In this document: piece by piece, positions 35,897 to 47,235 of the stretch
Numbering within the stretch: position 1 is the stretch's first letter
Layout: each line of letters opens with the position of its first letter
Source: an uncultured delta proteobacterium
GTDB taxonomy: Bacteria; Desulfobacterota; Binatia; UBA9968
DNA: 64,000 nt
Direction of reading: 5' to 3'
Assembly (NCBI GenBank): GCA_963727625.1
Contig: CAVSHR010000005.1
Span: forward strand, 64,001-128,000
Position numbers and translations under genes: made by a program
The notes under the pieces: generated by a model
What the model was told of the DNA's origin: nothing
Database searches by the model: none
Seen by the model: only the letters and a program-made list of their open reading frames with translations

Positions 35897-36856
35897 ATGA
35901 ATCAACCAGCACTCCGGAAAGGGCCCGACGCCGACCATAGCGAGTGGGCGGTCATTCTCGCCGGCGGCAACGGCACGCGGCTAAAATCATTGACCCGAAA
36001 GATTGCCGGCGACGAGCGCCCGAAGCAATTCTGCTCAGTTCTTGGCGTCACCACACTGCTCGAAGAAACCCAAAGGCGGGTCACCTTGGAATTGGCCCGG
36101 GAGCGGACTCTCTACGTCGTCAATCGCAGCCACGAGCCGTTCTACGCAGAGATTCTCGGCGGTGAGCCGGACGCGAACCTGGTCGTACAGCCGCGCAATA
36201 TCGGCACCGCGCCGGCGATCCTTTACAGCCTCTTGAGAATTGCCGCTCAAGAACCGAATGCCATCGTCGCACTATTTCCCTCAGATCACTTTATTTCCGA
36301 CAACAAGAAATTCATGGCCCATATTCGCATCGCTCTCAACGCGGCGCGCCACAACCCGGAGGTTGTGATCCTGCTCGGGGTCGAGCCGAAGAGCCCCGAA
36401 GTCGAATATGGTTGGATCGAGCCCACCGGCTCGATGAAGGGACATCCGCGCGTCTTTGGCGTGCGGCGGTTTTGGGAGAAGCCCCATCAAATGCTCGCCC
36501 AGGTCCTGCAGCTGCGCGGCTGCCTCTGGAACAGTTTCGTAATGGTTGCTTCGGTACAGGCACTGCTTGAAATCATCGAGCGCGCCACTCCCGAGCTGTT
36601 TCGCGCTTTTGCGCCCGTGCAATCGCTCTTTCATACAAAAGCCGAGACTCGGGTGATCGACAAACTATACCAAAGGCTCGAGGAAATTAATTTCTCCCAT
36701 CGCGTCCTGGCGCTCTGTCCCGAAAGGCTAGCCGTGCTCAAAGTCAGCGGCGTGCGCTGGAGCGACCTCGGCGAACCCAAGCGGGTGATGGCGTCCCTCG
36801 ACATGGCCGGCATTCAGCCCTCCTGGGTAGATTCCGCGGCACGTCAGCTTGCCTAG
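35897..36856 (+). CDS. Sugar-phosphate nucleotidyltransferase (mannose-1-phosphate guanylyltransferase-like, no C-terminal cupin)
   Basis: ILAGGNGTRL, PKQF, QPRNIGTAPA, PSDH, EYGWI, FWEKP, WNS, WSDLG. Confidence 0.88.
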   Translation: MNQPALRKGPDADHSEWAVILAGGNGTRLKSLTRKIAGDERPKQFCSVLGVTTLLEETQRRVTLELARERTLYVVNRSHEPFYAEILGGEPDANLVVQPRNIGTAPAILYSLLRIAAQEPNAIVALFPSDHFISDNKKFMAHIRIALNAARHNPEVVILLGVEPKSPEVEYGWIEPTGSMKGHPRVFGVRRFWEKPHQMLAQVLQLRGCLWNSFVMVASVQALLEIIERATPELFRAFAPVQSLFHTKAETRVIDKLYQRLEEINFSHRVLALCPERLAVLKVSGVRWSDLGEPKRVMASLDMAGIQPSWVDSAARQLA

Positions 36857-37425
36857 CTCGTCCCTTCCCGCGAAATGAAAAAACGACCCTGTCGCGGCCA
36901 ATCGCCGCGACAGGAATCCATTAAATTCCCATTGCTGGCCGAAGTCTTTGCGACAATCGTTTCCTGAGCAAACATTTTATTCTTTCTCTTCCGCTGTGAT
37001 CCGGAACTACATTGCTCGATAGCTCGCCTTCTTCTGTGTCCCCCACCCGACGCGTCGAAGTGCAAACCGAAGATGCGACCGAGCATGCTCGCCGAGTCGC
37101 TGCAACGCGCCAAAGGCATCAAGTCCGTTACGGCATTTAGCGCACCGCTAGACGCGAGCGCCCAGGGCCCGACCACGGTGTTTATCCAATCACGATCACG
37201 TCTTTGTTCCGACCCCCAATCACCCGTCACCGGCGAAATTGAACTCCCGTTGGCCTCGAGCAATTCGGTCGAATGAACTCGTGATAAATCGCTGCGCCGC
37301 AAGTCTCCCTGGCTTCTCAACGGTGCTGGTCCCCAACCGGCAATTGACACAACCGGGTGGTTTGGTACCCTTGAAGTATTATCGCAGAGGTTCGACAAAC
37401 ACCTTTCAACAAGGAGATCGCGACC

Positions 37426-38436
37426 ATGAAGACCATGAAACTTTGCTTAGCCACCATCTTGAGTTTGGCGTTTTACGGCGGTTTGGTCTCACCAAGCGCT
37501 GCGGACAGCTCGTTTTACGCCAAGAGCAAAGAAGAGGGACGGGTCCTGCTCTATACTTCGCTGGCAACTGCCGATACTAAAGGTTTTCGCAGCGCGTTTG
37601 AGAAAGCCAACCCGGGTGTGAAATTGGAAATCTATCGCGCCTCCGGGACGACGATTTTGCAAAAGGTTCTGACCGAAAACCGCGCCGGAGCGAACCTCGT
37701 CGATGCCGTTATGACGGAGGGCACCGTTTTGCACGCATTGAAGGACAAAAATTTGCTGGTTAAATTTGACTCCCCAGAGCGCAAGGCATTCGATGCCCGC
37801 TTCAAGGACCAGGATGGATACTGGACCGATGTCTATCCCACCGTGCACTCCATTCCTTATAATACAAAGCTCGTCGCGCAGCGGGAACTCCCAAAGCATT
37901 ACACCGATCTCTTGGACCCAAGATGGAAGGGCAAGCTCGGAGCCAATCGAAACAACTTTATGTTTCTAGCCGCAATGCTCAACTTATACGGTAAAGAGAA
38001 GGGTGAAGATTTTCTGCGCAAGCTGTCGCAACAAAACCCGCAGGTCCGGAGCGGAGGGACACTCACCGCTACTCTGGTGGGAGCCGGAGAATTACCGATT
38101 GCGTTTTCTGTCAACGCCAACAATGTCGAAAACGTAAAGGAATCAGGCAGCCCCGTCGATTGGGTCCGACTCGAAGACCCGCTTTATGCGGAACCCCATC
38201 CCGCAGCCGTCATGGCCCGAGCGCCTCATCCAAACGCGGCCCGGTTGGTCGTGGAATTCGCTATTTCCAAAGACGGACAGGAGCTGATACGCAAGTTCGG
38301 AAAAGTCCCGGGACGGAGCGATGTCCAGCCCACAATAGGGGTTGATCGCACAACTCTGCGTATTATTTCGCCCGAAGACGAGGCGAAGACCGCCTACTAT
38401 CAGAAAATGTTCGATGACTTGTTTGGGAAACGATAA
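37426..38436 (+). CDS. Extracellular solute-binding protein (Fe3+/AfuA-like family)
   Basis: Signal peptide, YNTKLV, DLLDPRWKGK, APHPNAARL. Confidence 0.9.
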   Translation: MKTMKLCLATILSLAFYGGLVSPSAADSSFYAKSKEEGRVLLYTSLATADTKGFRSAFEKANPGVKLEIYRASGTTILQKVLTENRAGANLVDAVMTEGTVLHALKDKNLLVKFDSPERKAFDARFKDQDGYWTDVYPTVHSIPYNTKLVAQRELPKHYTDLLDPRWKGKLGANRNNFMFLAAMLNLYGKEKGEDFLRKLSQQNPQVRSGGTLTATLVGAGELPIAFSVNANNVENVKESGSPVDWVRLEDPLYAEPHPAAVMARAPHPNAARLVVEFAISKDGQELIRKFGKVPGRSDVQPTIGVDRTTLRIISPEDEAKTAYYQKMFDDLFGKR

Positions 38437-38465
38437 TAGACTCATCCGCTTGGGCTTTTGAACCT

Positions 38466-38495
38466 CCCACGTTTCGAGGATTCCCGAAACGTGGG
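38466..38495 (+). terminator. Perfect 11-bp hairpin after the SBP gene
   Basis: CCCACGTTTCG-AGGATTCC-CGAAACGTGGG; no immediate U-tract. Confidence 0.45.
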
Positions 38496-38641
38496 CCCCC
38501 CCTCTTGGGCTTGTCTTTTACTGAACGATAAATCCTAATTGGGGTGCTTTTCTCTATCGGCAAGTGGAAAATCTTGGAGGTCGCGTCTCTTGCTGGTTAA
38601 TTGCGATCGCCGGTCGCTGGATCCCCGCCATGCCGCAGGCC

Positions 38642-38722
38642 GTTCCAAACCTTTCAGTTGTTCCAATCGTTCAAAACGTTTCACCGCTTCGGTCTGTTCC
38701 GATCGTTTACGAAGTTCCAGAC
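38642..38722. repeat. Degenerate 9-nt tandem array (GTTCCAAnC-like), about 9 units
   Basis: gttccaaac ctttcagtt gttccaatc gttcaaaac gtttcaccg cttcggtct gttccgatc gtttacgaa gttccagac. Confidence 0.7.
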
Positions 38723-38985
38723 GACGGGAAACTTTTCACGTTTCGAAGCGCGGAAACCTTGTTCGCCGGAGTTGCCGAACCAACCCGCCTAATTTAGTAG
38801 CGTGATTCAGCGACGCGACGACAATGACCCGCGCACCTAAGGACCGCGCGCGACGTCTCGACCGTCGGTGGTTAATTCTCGCCGGGAATGATAATATTAA
38901 CGTTCATCCGCGTCTATGTCTCAATGCCTGGCGGCACCTGCCCGGTTTGCGAAGACTACAGGGCGCGCAAAAAGATGCGACGACA

Positions 38986-39219
38986 ATGAAACAATATAAA
39001 GGCCATCCTATTTACGGGGTAGCAGTTCCCGCGCCTGAGCATCGCTGGATCTCGCTCGGACTGGTTTTTGACCCGGACTTAAACCAGACAATAGAGATTC
39101 AACGAATCCAGTGTCCCGCGGATCTATCCTTTCAGGCCAAGCGACAAGCCGAGGAACACGGACTCAAGCTATGCAGGGATTGGATCGATGAGCAGACTTC
39201 CAGCGCGACCTCAAGATAA
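38986..39219 (+). CDS. Small hypothetical protein
   Basis: MKQYKGHPIYG...AEEHGLKLCRDWID; compact beta-beta-beta-alpha-like pattern. Confidence 0.65.
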   Translation: MKQYKGHPIYGVAVPAPEHRWISLGLVFDPDLNQTIEIQRIQCPADLSFQAKRQAEEHGLKLCRDWIDEQTSSATSR

Positions 39220-39451
39220 GGAGGTTGGGTAAATTTGTGCACATATTGAGTTGAACTGTCGTTTCCTGGGCCTGGCCCAACAATCCTATCAATTTTCCGA
39301 TTGCGCGGGCGATAACAGACCAGCGCGCCGTAAGCCAAGCAAAACTAAAAATGCCCAACAAAAACCGTGTGCGTGTGTTACTATAGTTGAAAGTTCTCGC
39401 CATTCACTCAAATTCTCCATTGACCAGTCCGGTTGTCTCGGTCCAGCAGAG

Positions 39452-39545
39452 AACTCACCGCGGAGGCGAGGAGTACGCCGAGGAAAGAGTTTTTTATCGA
39501 GGAATACTCCGAACTACGCGAACTCTGCGCCTCAGTGGTTAAATA
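39452..39545. repeat. Inverted 9-nt-period repeat element
   Basis: caccgcggaggcgaggagtacgccgagg ... ctacgcgaactctgcgcctcagtggtt. Confidence 0.6.
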
Positions 39546-39715
39546 AGGCTGTCTTCTTTGGTTGCGGCTCCGCCGCGCTGGGTTCGGCAAAGTAATTCGC
39601 CAAAGGCGCGGATGGTTTCTTCGGATTATTTTGATAATTCGCCACTACCCTAACTGAATAACGCAAGCCGATACCGCGGTTGACACCACGGGAATATATC
39701 CGATACTTGGCGCAT

Positions 39716-41107
<1,392 letters not shown>

Positions 41108-41277
41108 CCGTAGCGAGCTGCGGGAATTGTAGCCGCAGCGCCGGAAGCCCGAATTTGGATGGGTCGAGTCCAACAATCTCCATCATCGCTCGCCCTAAAG
41201 ACTTCCCCAAAAGCTAGCCAATCATTTGTGAAATAAGCGCTTGGCTGATAGGGCTGAGGATTGTTCCGACGATTGCG

Positions 41278-42507
41278 ATGGCTGCACTGTTCCAACTCAA
41301 CTCCATGACCCGCGGATTGACAACGCTCTATAGCAGCGCGTTGCTTGCCGGCATGTGGTCGATGATTGTTCCGGCGGTTCCGGTTATCGCCAAGGCTTTC
41401 GACATCAGTCCGGGCACGGCGGCCCAAATGATCACCGCGCTCGCCCTCGGGCGTTTTGTCGGCATGCCGCTCAGTGGCACGGTGCTCGATCGTATGGGCA
41501 CTCGCGCAGCGCTGACCTCTGGACCGGCGATATCATGCGGCGCCGCGGTGTTGGCCGGTTTCACCCCGGCGTTCAGCCTGATTTTAATCTTGGTATTCTT
41601 GATCGGCATCGGCGAGAGCATTTGGGTGATCGCCCGCGAGATTGCCGGCATCGATCTCGTCCGCTTGGATCAGCGCGGCCGCGTCTTGAGCGGCTTTCAC
41701 GGCATCAACAATCTCGGCCTTGCCTTGGGCCCGCTTTTCGGCGGCATGCTTACCGAAGCGATCAATTTTAGGGCGGTATTTTTCGGCTACGCGATATGTG
41801 CCTTCAGCGCGGTTTTCTTGGGCTCTGCGGTTTCCAGCGCGCACATTCCAACAGTCGCTCAACCGACGGCGCTGGGCGATTGGAGCCTCGCCGCACTGCG
41901 CCGCCGACTTCGCGCGTTGAAGGCTTTGTTTCACCAGATCGATCCGGGTCTGCGCACAACCTACGCCGTTTTGGTGTTCGCGACCTTCACCAGTTTTATG
42001 CACCGGGTAACGACCCAAAGCATGTTGCCCCTCTTGGCGACATCGAAGCTCGGCCTCTCACCTCGAGAAATCGGCCTGCTGTTTACGATCTCCGGGCTTT
42101 CGGTGTTCACGATGATCCTGCCTGCGGGATTCGTCATCGATAAAGTCGGGAGAAAATGGGCCACGGTGCCGAGCACCGGCATTCCGGCGTTGGCTTTTTT
42201 ATTCATTCCGTTCGCGCATAATTTTTTTCAGCTGGCGGTTTTAATATCATTCCTCGGCATCGCCAACGGCCTATCTCTCGGCTCTCTTGCGACGTCGACG
42301 TACGATGTCGTCCCGGCCAACGCGCGCGGCCGGCTGCAAGCTGCCCGGCGTACGATCGCGGAAATCGGCGGCGTCGGCGCGCCATTGGTCGGCGGCCTGC
42401 TAGCCGACAAGTTCAATCCCGGCGTGCCGTTTTTAGTTTACGCGCCACTGTTAATTCTCTCGGCGGTATTGCTGGCGATCATCGCGCGGGAAACTTTGAA
42501 GAAATAA
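41278..42507 (+). CDS. MFS transporter
   Basis: GTVLDRMGTR and GFVIDKVGRK motif A repeats; about 12 TM segments. Confidence 0.88.
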   Translation: MAALFQLNSMTRGLTTLYSSALLAGMWSMIVPAVPVIAKAFDISPGTAAQMITALALGRFVGMPLSGTVLDRMGTRAALTSGPAISCGAAVLAGFTPAFSLILILVFLIGIGESIWVIAREIAGIDLVRLDQRGRVLSGFHGINNLGLALGPLFGGMLTEAINFRAVFFGYAICAFSAVFLGSAVSSAHIPTVAQPTALGDWSLAALRRRLRALKALFHQIDPGLRTTYAVLVFATFTSFMHRVTTQSMLPLLATSKLGLSPREIGLLFTISGLSVFTMILPAGFVIDKVGRKWATVPSTGIPALAFLFIPFAHNFFQLAVLISFLGIANGLSLGSLATSTYDVVPANARGRLQAARRTIAEIGGVGAPLVGGLLADKFNPGVPFLVYAPLLILSAVLLAIIARETLKK

Positions 42508-42593
42508 GGTCGACCCCGCCGCGACTATTATATCGATTCGATTTCGCCGCGTTTTTGTTTATACTGGGTCGATTGAGCTGAATCGACGAATTT

Positions 42594-43673
42594 ATGAAGT
42601 ACCAAACCGACGACCTTAGAATCAAACAAATCAAAGAGTTAGTAACGCCAGCGCAACTGTTGGATGACTTTCCGATCAGCGAAAAGGCAGCCCTGACCGT
42701 TGTCGAAACGCGCCAGGCCATCCACCGCATTCTGCACGGCGCCGACGATCGCTTGCTGACCGTCATGGGCCCCTGTTCGATCCACGACGTGAAAGCGGCA
42801 AAGGAATATGCCGCCAGGCTCAAGGAAGCCAGGGAACGCTGCGCCGACGATTTGATGATAGTAATGCGCGTCTATTTCGAGAAACCGCGCACCACAGTAG
42901 GCTGGAAGGGCCTGATCAACGATCCCAATCTCGACGGCAGCTTTCAGATCAACGACGGGCTGCGCGTCGGCCGTCAACTGCTGCTCGATCTCAACGAGAG
43001 CGGCATGCCCGCCGGCTGCGAGTTTCTCGACATGATCACGCCGCAATACCTCGCCGACCTGGTCTCCTGGGGCGCCATCGGCGCGCGCACCACCGAAAGC
43101 CAGGTGCATCGCGAGCTCGCCTCGGGTCTCTCCTGCCCCGTGGGCTTCAAGAACGGCACCGACGGCAACGTGCGCATCGCCATGGACGCGATTCGCGCCG
43201 CGCAGGCGCCGCATCATTTTCTCTCGGTTACTAAAGCCGGCCATTCGGCCATCGTCTCCACCGCCGGCAACGAGGACTGCCACATCATTCTGCGCGGCGG
43301 CAAACAGCCGAACTACGATGCCGCCAACGTCGACGCGACAGCCAAGAGTCTAGCTGAAGCGGGCATACCGGCGCGCATCATGATCGACTGCAGCCACGGC
43401 AACAGCGGCAAAGAGCCGTCGAAACAAGTCGAGGCAGGCCGGAATGTTTCAGCGCAGATCGCCGGCGGCGATGCGCGCATCTTCGGCATCATGGTGGAAA
43501 GCCATCTCAAAGCCGGCCGCCAGGATCTGCTTCCCGGCAAAGCGCTCGTCTACGGCCAGAGCATCACCGACGCCTGCGTCGGTTGGGAAGACACCCGCAC
43601 CCTGATCGACTCCCTCGCCAACGCGGTGCGCCAGCGCCGCGCAAAAGCGGCGGCCAACGGGGATTCGGAATAG
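42594..43673 (+). CDS. aroG: 3-deoxy-7-phosphoheptulonate (DAHP) synthase, class I-alpha
   Basis: GPCSIHD, RVYFEKPRTTVGWKGLINDP, IGARTTESQVHRE, DCSHGNS, YGQSITDAC. Confidence 0.95.
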   Translation: MKYQTDDLRIKQIKELVTPAQLLDDFPISEKAALTVVETRQAIHRILHGADDRLLTVMGPCSIHDVKAAKEYAARLKEARERCADDLMIVMRVYFEKPRTTVGWKGLINDPNLDGSFQINDGLRVGRQLLLDLNESGMPAGCEFLDMITPQYLADLVSWGAIGARTTESQVHRELASGLSCPVGFKNGTDGNVRIAMDAIRAAQAPHHFLSVTKAGHSAIVSTAGNEDCHIILRGGKQPNYDAANVDATAKSLAEAGIPARIMIDCSHGNSGKEPSKQVEAGRNVSAQIAGGDARIFGIMVESHLKAGRQDLLPGKALVYGQSITDACVGWEDTRTLIDSLANAVRQRRAKAAANGDSE

Positions 43674-43870
43674 ATTTCGCCGGATCGTCCGATCATCAGT
43701 ACCAGATCGCGTCTTTCTCGGGGCAACAATCGATCCACAGAGTTGTTTCGTCGCGTAGTCAATTCGTGCCGGCTGATATAGAGCTGCCGTGAGGCTGTTT
43801 GCTGATTTACTGGATCTGAAGATCGTTACACAGGTCAACCGCCATTCTGTTCACCGCCAGCCTGTCAATT

Positions 43871-44184
43871 TTGTTTTTGCTCTTTGGCAACTCCATCGGC
43901 CATCTGTGGATTTTCATCCTGCTATTCACCACGGTTGAAGCGACCTATCCGGTCGCGTGGGCGATGGTCGGCGATATTTTCGGGCGCAAGCACTTCGCCA
44001 AGATTCGCAATTACATGAGCATGTTCTACGTCTGGGGCAGAGCGTTCTCGATCCAGTCACGGCCGGAGCGATTTGGGACCGCTGGCAAACTTACGAAACC
44101 ATGCTTTGGGTTTTGGTCGTCATGTTAAGTCTATCGGGAATTTTTTATAGCCTGCTCGGAAAGCCTTGGGCGCAATTAAAATAA
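43871..44184 (+). pseudogene. MFS transporter C-terminal remnant, frameshifted
   Basis: AMVGDIFGRKHFAKIR in one frame continues as SVLDPVTAGAIWDRWQTY in another; no N-terminal half. Confidence 0.75.
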
Positions 44185-44192
44185 ATTTAACT

Positions 44193-44289
44193 TCCGTTCA
44201 AGGGTCAAGGGTAAAAGTTCAAGGCTCGACGAAAAGTCTTGAGCAGCGATCCGACACTTTGAACTTTAAATTTTTGAACTTTGAACGGG
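44193..44289. repeat. Inverted 7-nt-period repeat element (GTTCAAG / TTTGAAC)
   Basis: ccgttcaagggtcaagggtaaaagttcaagg ... ctttgaactttaaatttttgaactttgaacgg. Confidence 0.75.
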
Positions 44290-44296
44290 CGTCGAT

Positions 44297-44617
44297 TTAT
44301 TTTACATGCACCGTGAGCCAAAGGGTTTCTGCGCCGGTTTGTGCGACTCGATGGCGCACGTGGCGCGGGATAACGAGGTAATCGCCCTCTTTCAATTCGA
44401 CGATCTCGCCGTCGGCGAATTCCAACACCGCGTTGCCGCGCAAGACGATCGCCCATTCATCTTCGTCCTGGTCGTACCAAAAGCCCGCGGGGCTGTTGTG
44501 CGAATGGGATAGGATGCGCTCGATTTTGACCGAAGAGTTTTGCCAAAGCGTCGAAAAATTTTCGCCGGCTGCGGCAGCGCCCAGATCGGTGTAAACATTT
44601 TTAACTGGAGCGGTCAT
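44297..44617 (-). CDS. Cupin domain protein
   Basis: KIERILSH, WYDQDEDEW, IPRHVRHRV. Confidence 0.88.
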   Translation of the reverse strand: MTAPVKNVYTDLGAAAAGENFSTLWQNSSVKIERILSHSHNSPAGFWYDQDEDEWAIVLRGNAVLEFADGEIVELKEGDYLVIPRHVRHRVAQTGAETLWLTVHVK

Positions 44618-44740
44618 AATCCTGATCGCGACGCCAACGGTCCCGTCACAAGCTGGCGGCCAGTCTTACCCACATCGCCAGTAAGACCAGGTTGCTAAGC
44701 GCAAAAAACAAAAAGCGCGGCGGAACTCTAATGAACACCA

Positions 44741-45427
44741 TCAGGGCAATGCGGCAGCGCCTTGGTCCATCCCCGCGGCGCGAATATCAGGCACTTCGAC
44801 GATGCGCCGCCGTCCGGGCATTGGCGCATGTTCAACGGCCCGGACCAAAGCCTGCGCCATTTCGTCGATAGTGACCGAGCCAAGCCGCTCAGCGGTCGCG
44901 CGGGTTATCGGAAACAGCTCGGCGAGCTTGTAGAATGACTTGATCAACAGCGGCCACTTCCGGCTCGGACCCAAAATAGACCAAGGGCGCAAGATTGTCG
45001 CGGTCAATTCCGCCTCGCGAATCATGGTTTCGCCAAGGGTACGCACCCAGAGATAGGACTGCATGAACGGCGCCGGCTGAGCGACGCTAACGTAGATCAA
45101 ATGCGCTGTGCCGCGGCGCTTAGCCGCACTCACGACGGCGCGAATTGAAACCAGATCGACCTTTTCAAACTGGTCGGCTTTGCTCGGGCTCGGATGCGCG
45201 GTGCCGACCAGATGAATCACCGCATCGATGCCGTCGAGGGCTGCAACCACGCACTCCGTGTCGAGCGCGTCGCCGAGCACCGGCGTCGCACCGGTGGGAA
45301 CACGCGCGACGGATTTCGCTCGGGCCAGCACTCGCACTCGATGCCCGCGATTCAACAACAGAGGAATCAAGTGGCGACCGATATAGCCGGTTCCTCCCGT
45401 AACTAGGACATTGAGCGGGGTGGGCAT
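44741..45427 (-). CDS. NAD(P)H-binding / SDR epimerase-like protein
   Basis: TGGTGYIG, ATILRP. Confidence 0.88.
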   Translation of the reverse strand: MPTPLNVLVTGGTGYIGRHLIPLLLNRGHRVRVLARAKSVARVPTGATPVLGDALDTECVVAALDGIDAVIHLVGTAHPSPSKADQFEKVDLVSIRAVVSAAKRRGTAHLIYVSVAQPAPFMQSYLWVRTLGETMIREAELTATILRPWSILGPSRKWPLLIKSFYKLAELFPITRATAERLGSVTIDEMAQALVRAVEHAPMPGRRRIVEVPDIRAAGMDQGAAALP

Positions 45428-45767
45428 ATTTTTCCAGTTGGAAGACTTGTCAAATTAACGCTCGCCGTACACTTTTCCGTATGGCAGATAACGCCTACTT
45501 TGTCACGTTCCTGTTCAGAGCGATCACAGAGTCGATCGCATCATAGCCTATTGCCTATTGCCGCTACGGAGAGCTTTGGCGCTTCGCCGAGCCAATTCAG
45601 CGAGGGGCCTCGATCGGAGAATGGAATGACCGCCTTTCGAATGCGATTTCTGGAGAACGACGCGCAGGCTGTGAGTAGATCATCTCCGGACCGGAATGTC
45701 AAAAAATTTGCCCGGTATTTTCTACTCCGTCGGTTGCAATAAACGGGTCATTCGATAGTGTAAAAAA

Positions 45768-47096
45768 GTGAAGTCCCTAGCCAAGCTGCGTAACGATGCG
45801 ATGAGCATTTATCACGCCGGCCTGAAGGCTGCCGATCCCGCCAGCGCTATTCTGCGCCACGTCAAGCTTGTGGGAGACCAACTCGAGGTCGGCGAAAAGT
45901 GCTATCATCTCGCTCAGTGCAGTGCCCTTTATGTGGTCGGTGCTGGCAAAGCATCGGCGCAGATGGCGCTGGCCATAGAACAGATTCTCGGCAACCGATT
46001 GAGCGGCGTCGTTAACGTGAAGTACGGCCACGCCGTAGCTCTCAAAGCCATCAAAGTCAACGAAGCCGGCCATCCGTTGCCGGACGACGCGGGAGTGCGG
46101 GGCACCCAGGAGATCCTTCGGCTTCTGCAGCACTGCGACGAACGAAGCTTTGTGGTCTTTCTGGTTTCGGGAGGGGGATCCGCCCTCCTACCCTGCCCGG
46201 CGGACGGTTTGACCCTCCAGGATAAGCAACGAACAACGCAGGTTTTGCTCGAATGCGGCGCGGCCATTCAAGAGATCAACGCCGTGCGCAAACATATATC
46301 CCGAGTCAAAGGTGGCCGGTTAGCGAAGGCGGCATACCCGGCGACGGTCGTGTCGCTCATACTTTCCGATGTCGTGGGCGACACTCTCGACAGCATCGCT
46401 TCCGGTCCGACCGTCCCCGACTCCAGCACATTCCCGGATTGTATGCGCGTAATCGAACGGTATCGCATTCAAGAAAAGATTCCGCCCGCTGTAAGTCAGC
46501 ATTTGCAGAGGGGCGCGAAGGGCGAGATCGAAGAGACTCCTAAACCTGGCGATCCGGCGTTTCAAAGAGTCCAAAACCTGATTGTCGGAAGCAACCGACT
46601 TGCGCTGAGCGCTGCGAAGGAGCAAGCGGAAGAGTTAGGTTACCACGGGCTGATCCTTTCCAGCCTTATCCAGGGTGAAACAAGAGAAGCGGCGGGTATG
46701 CACGCGGCGATTGGCAAAGAGATTCTCGAAACCGGCAATCCCGTTTCCCGCCCCGCCTGCGTCATCTCCGGCGGCGAGACCACCGTGACAATCCGCGGCA
46801 AAGGCCTCGGCGGCCGTAACCAGGAATTCGCCCTGGCCGCAGCCATCGGCATAGACGGCTCGCAAGGGATCGTCATGCTAAGCGCCGGTACGGATGGCAC
46901 GGACGGGCCCACGGATGCGGCGGGCGCGATCGTCGATGGCACTACACTGCAAAGAGCGAAAGACAAAGGGCTGGATCCCGAACGGCATCTAGCCGCCAAC
47001 GATTCGTATCATTTTTTTCAACCGCTTGACGACCTGCTCGTCACCGGTCCGACATTCACGAATGTGATGGATCTTCGGTTGGTGCTGGTGGAATGA
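45768..47096 (+). CDS. Glycerate kinase, class II (MOFRL/GckA-TtuD family)
   Basis: GAGKA, AGHPLPD, SGGGSAL, RKHISRVKGG, GGETTV, GGRNQE, GTDGTDG, TGPTFTNVMD. Confidence 0.93.
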   Translation: MKSLAKLRNDAMSIYHAGLKAADPASAILRHVKLVGDQLEVGEKCYHLAQCSALYVVGAGKASAQMALAIEQILGNRLSGVVNVKYGHAVALKAIKVNEAGHPLPDDAGVRGTQEILRLLQHCDERSFVVFLVSGGGSALLPCPADGLTLQDKQRTTQVLLECGAAIQEINAVRKHISRVKGGRLAKAAYPATVVSLILSDVVGDTLDSIASGPTVPDSSTFPDCMRVIERYRIQEKIPPAVSQHLQRGAKGEIEETPKPGDPAFQRVQNLIVGSNRLALSAAKEQAEELGYHGLILSSLIQGETREAAGMHAAIGKEILETGNPVSRPACVISGGETTVTIRGKGLGGRNQEFALAAAIGIDGSQGIVMLSAGTDGTDGPTDAAGAIVDGTTLQRAKDKGLDPERHLAANDSYHFFQPLDDLLVTGPTFTNVMDLRLVLVE

Positions 47097-47235
47097 GAGG
47101 GGAGTTTGGCGTCCCTCGGTGATCGCCGTCTTTTTGAGCGCATCAAGGGAGGGAAACGGAGCGAAATGAGTTGAGCTTCGTGAATTCATCGACCGCGGCG
47201 ATTGCCGCTGATTAGACTATCTTCTGGGGGATCAT

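Noticed and set aside
36853-37398. 181-aa minus-strand ORF
   Set aside because: No motif, atypical composition, and no convincing RBS at the listed start.
38642-38722. Repeat tracts as a CRISPR array
   Set aside because: Units are 7-9 nt and degenerate with no unique spacers; no cas genes in the window.
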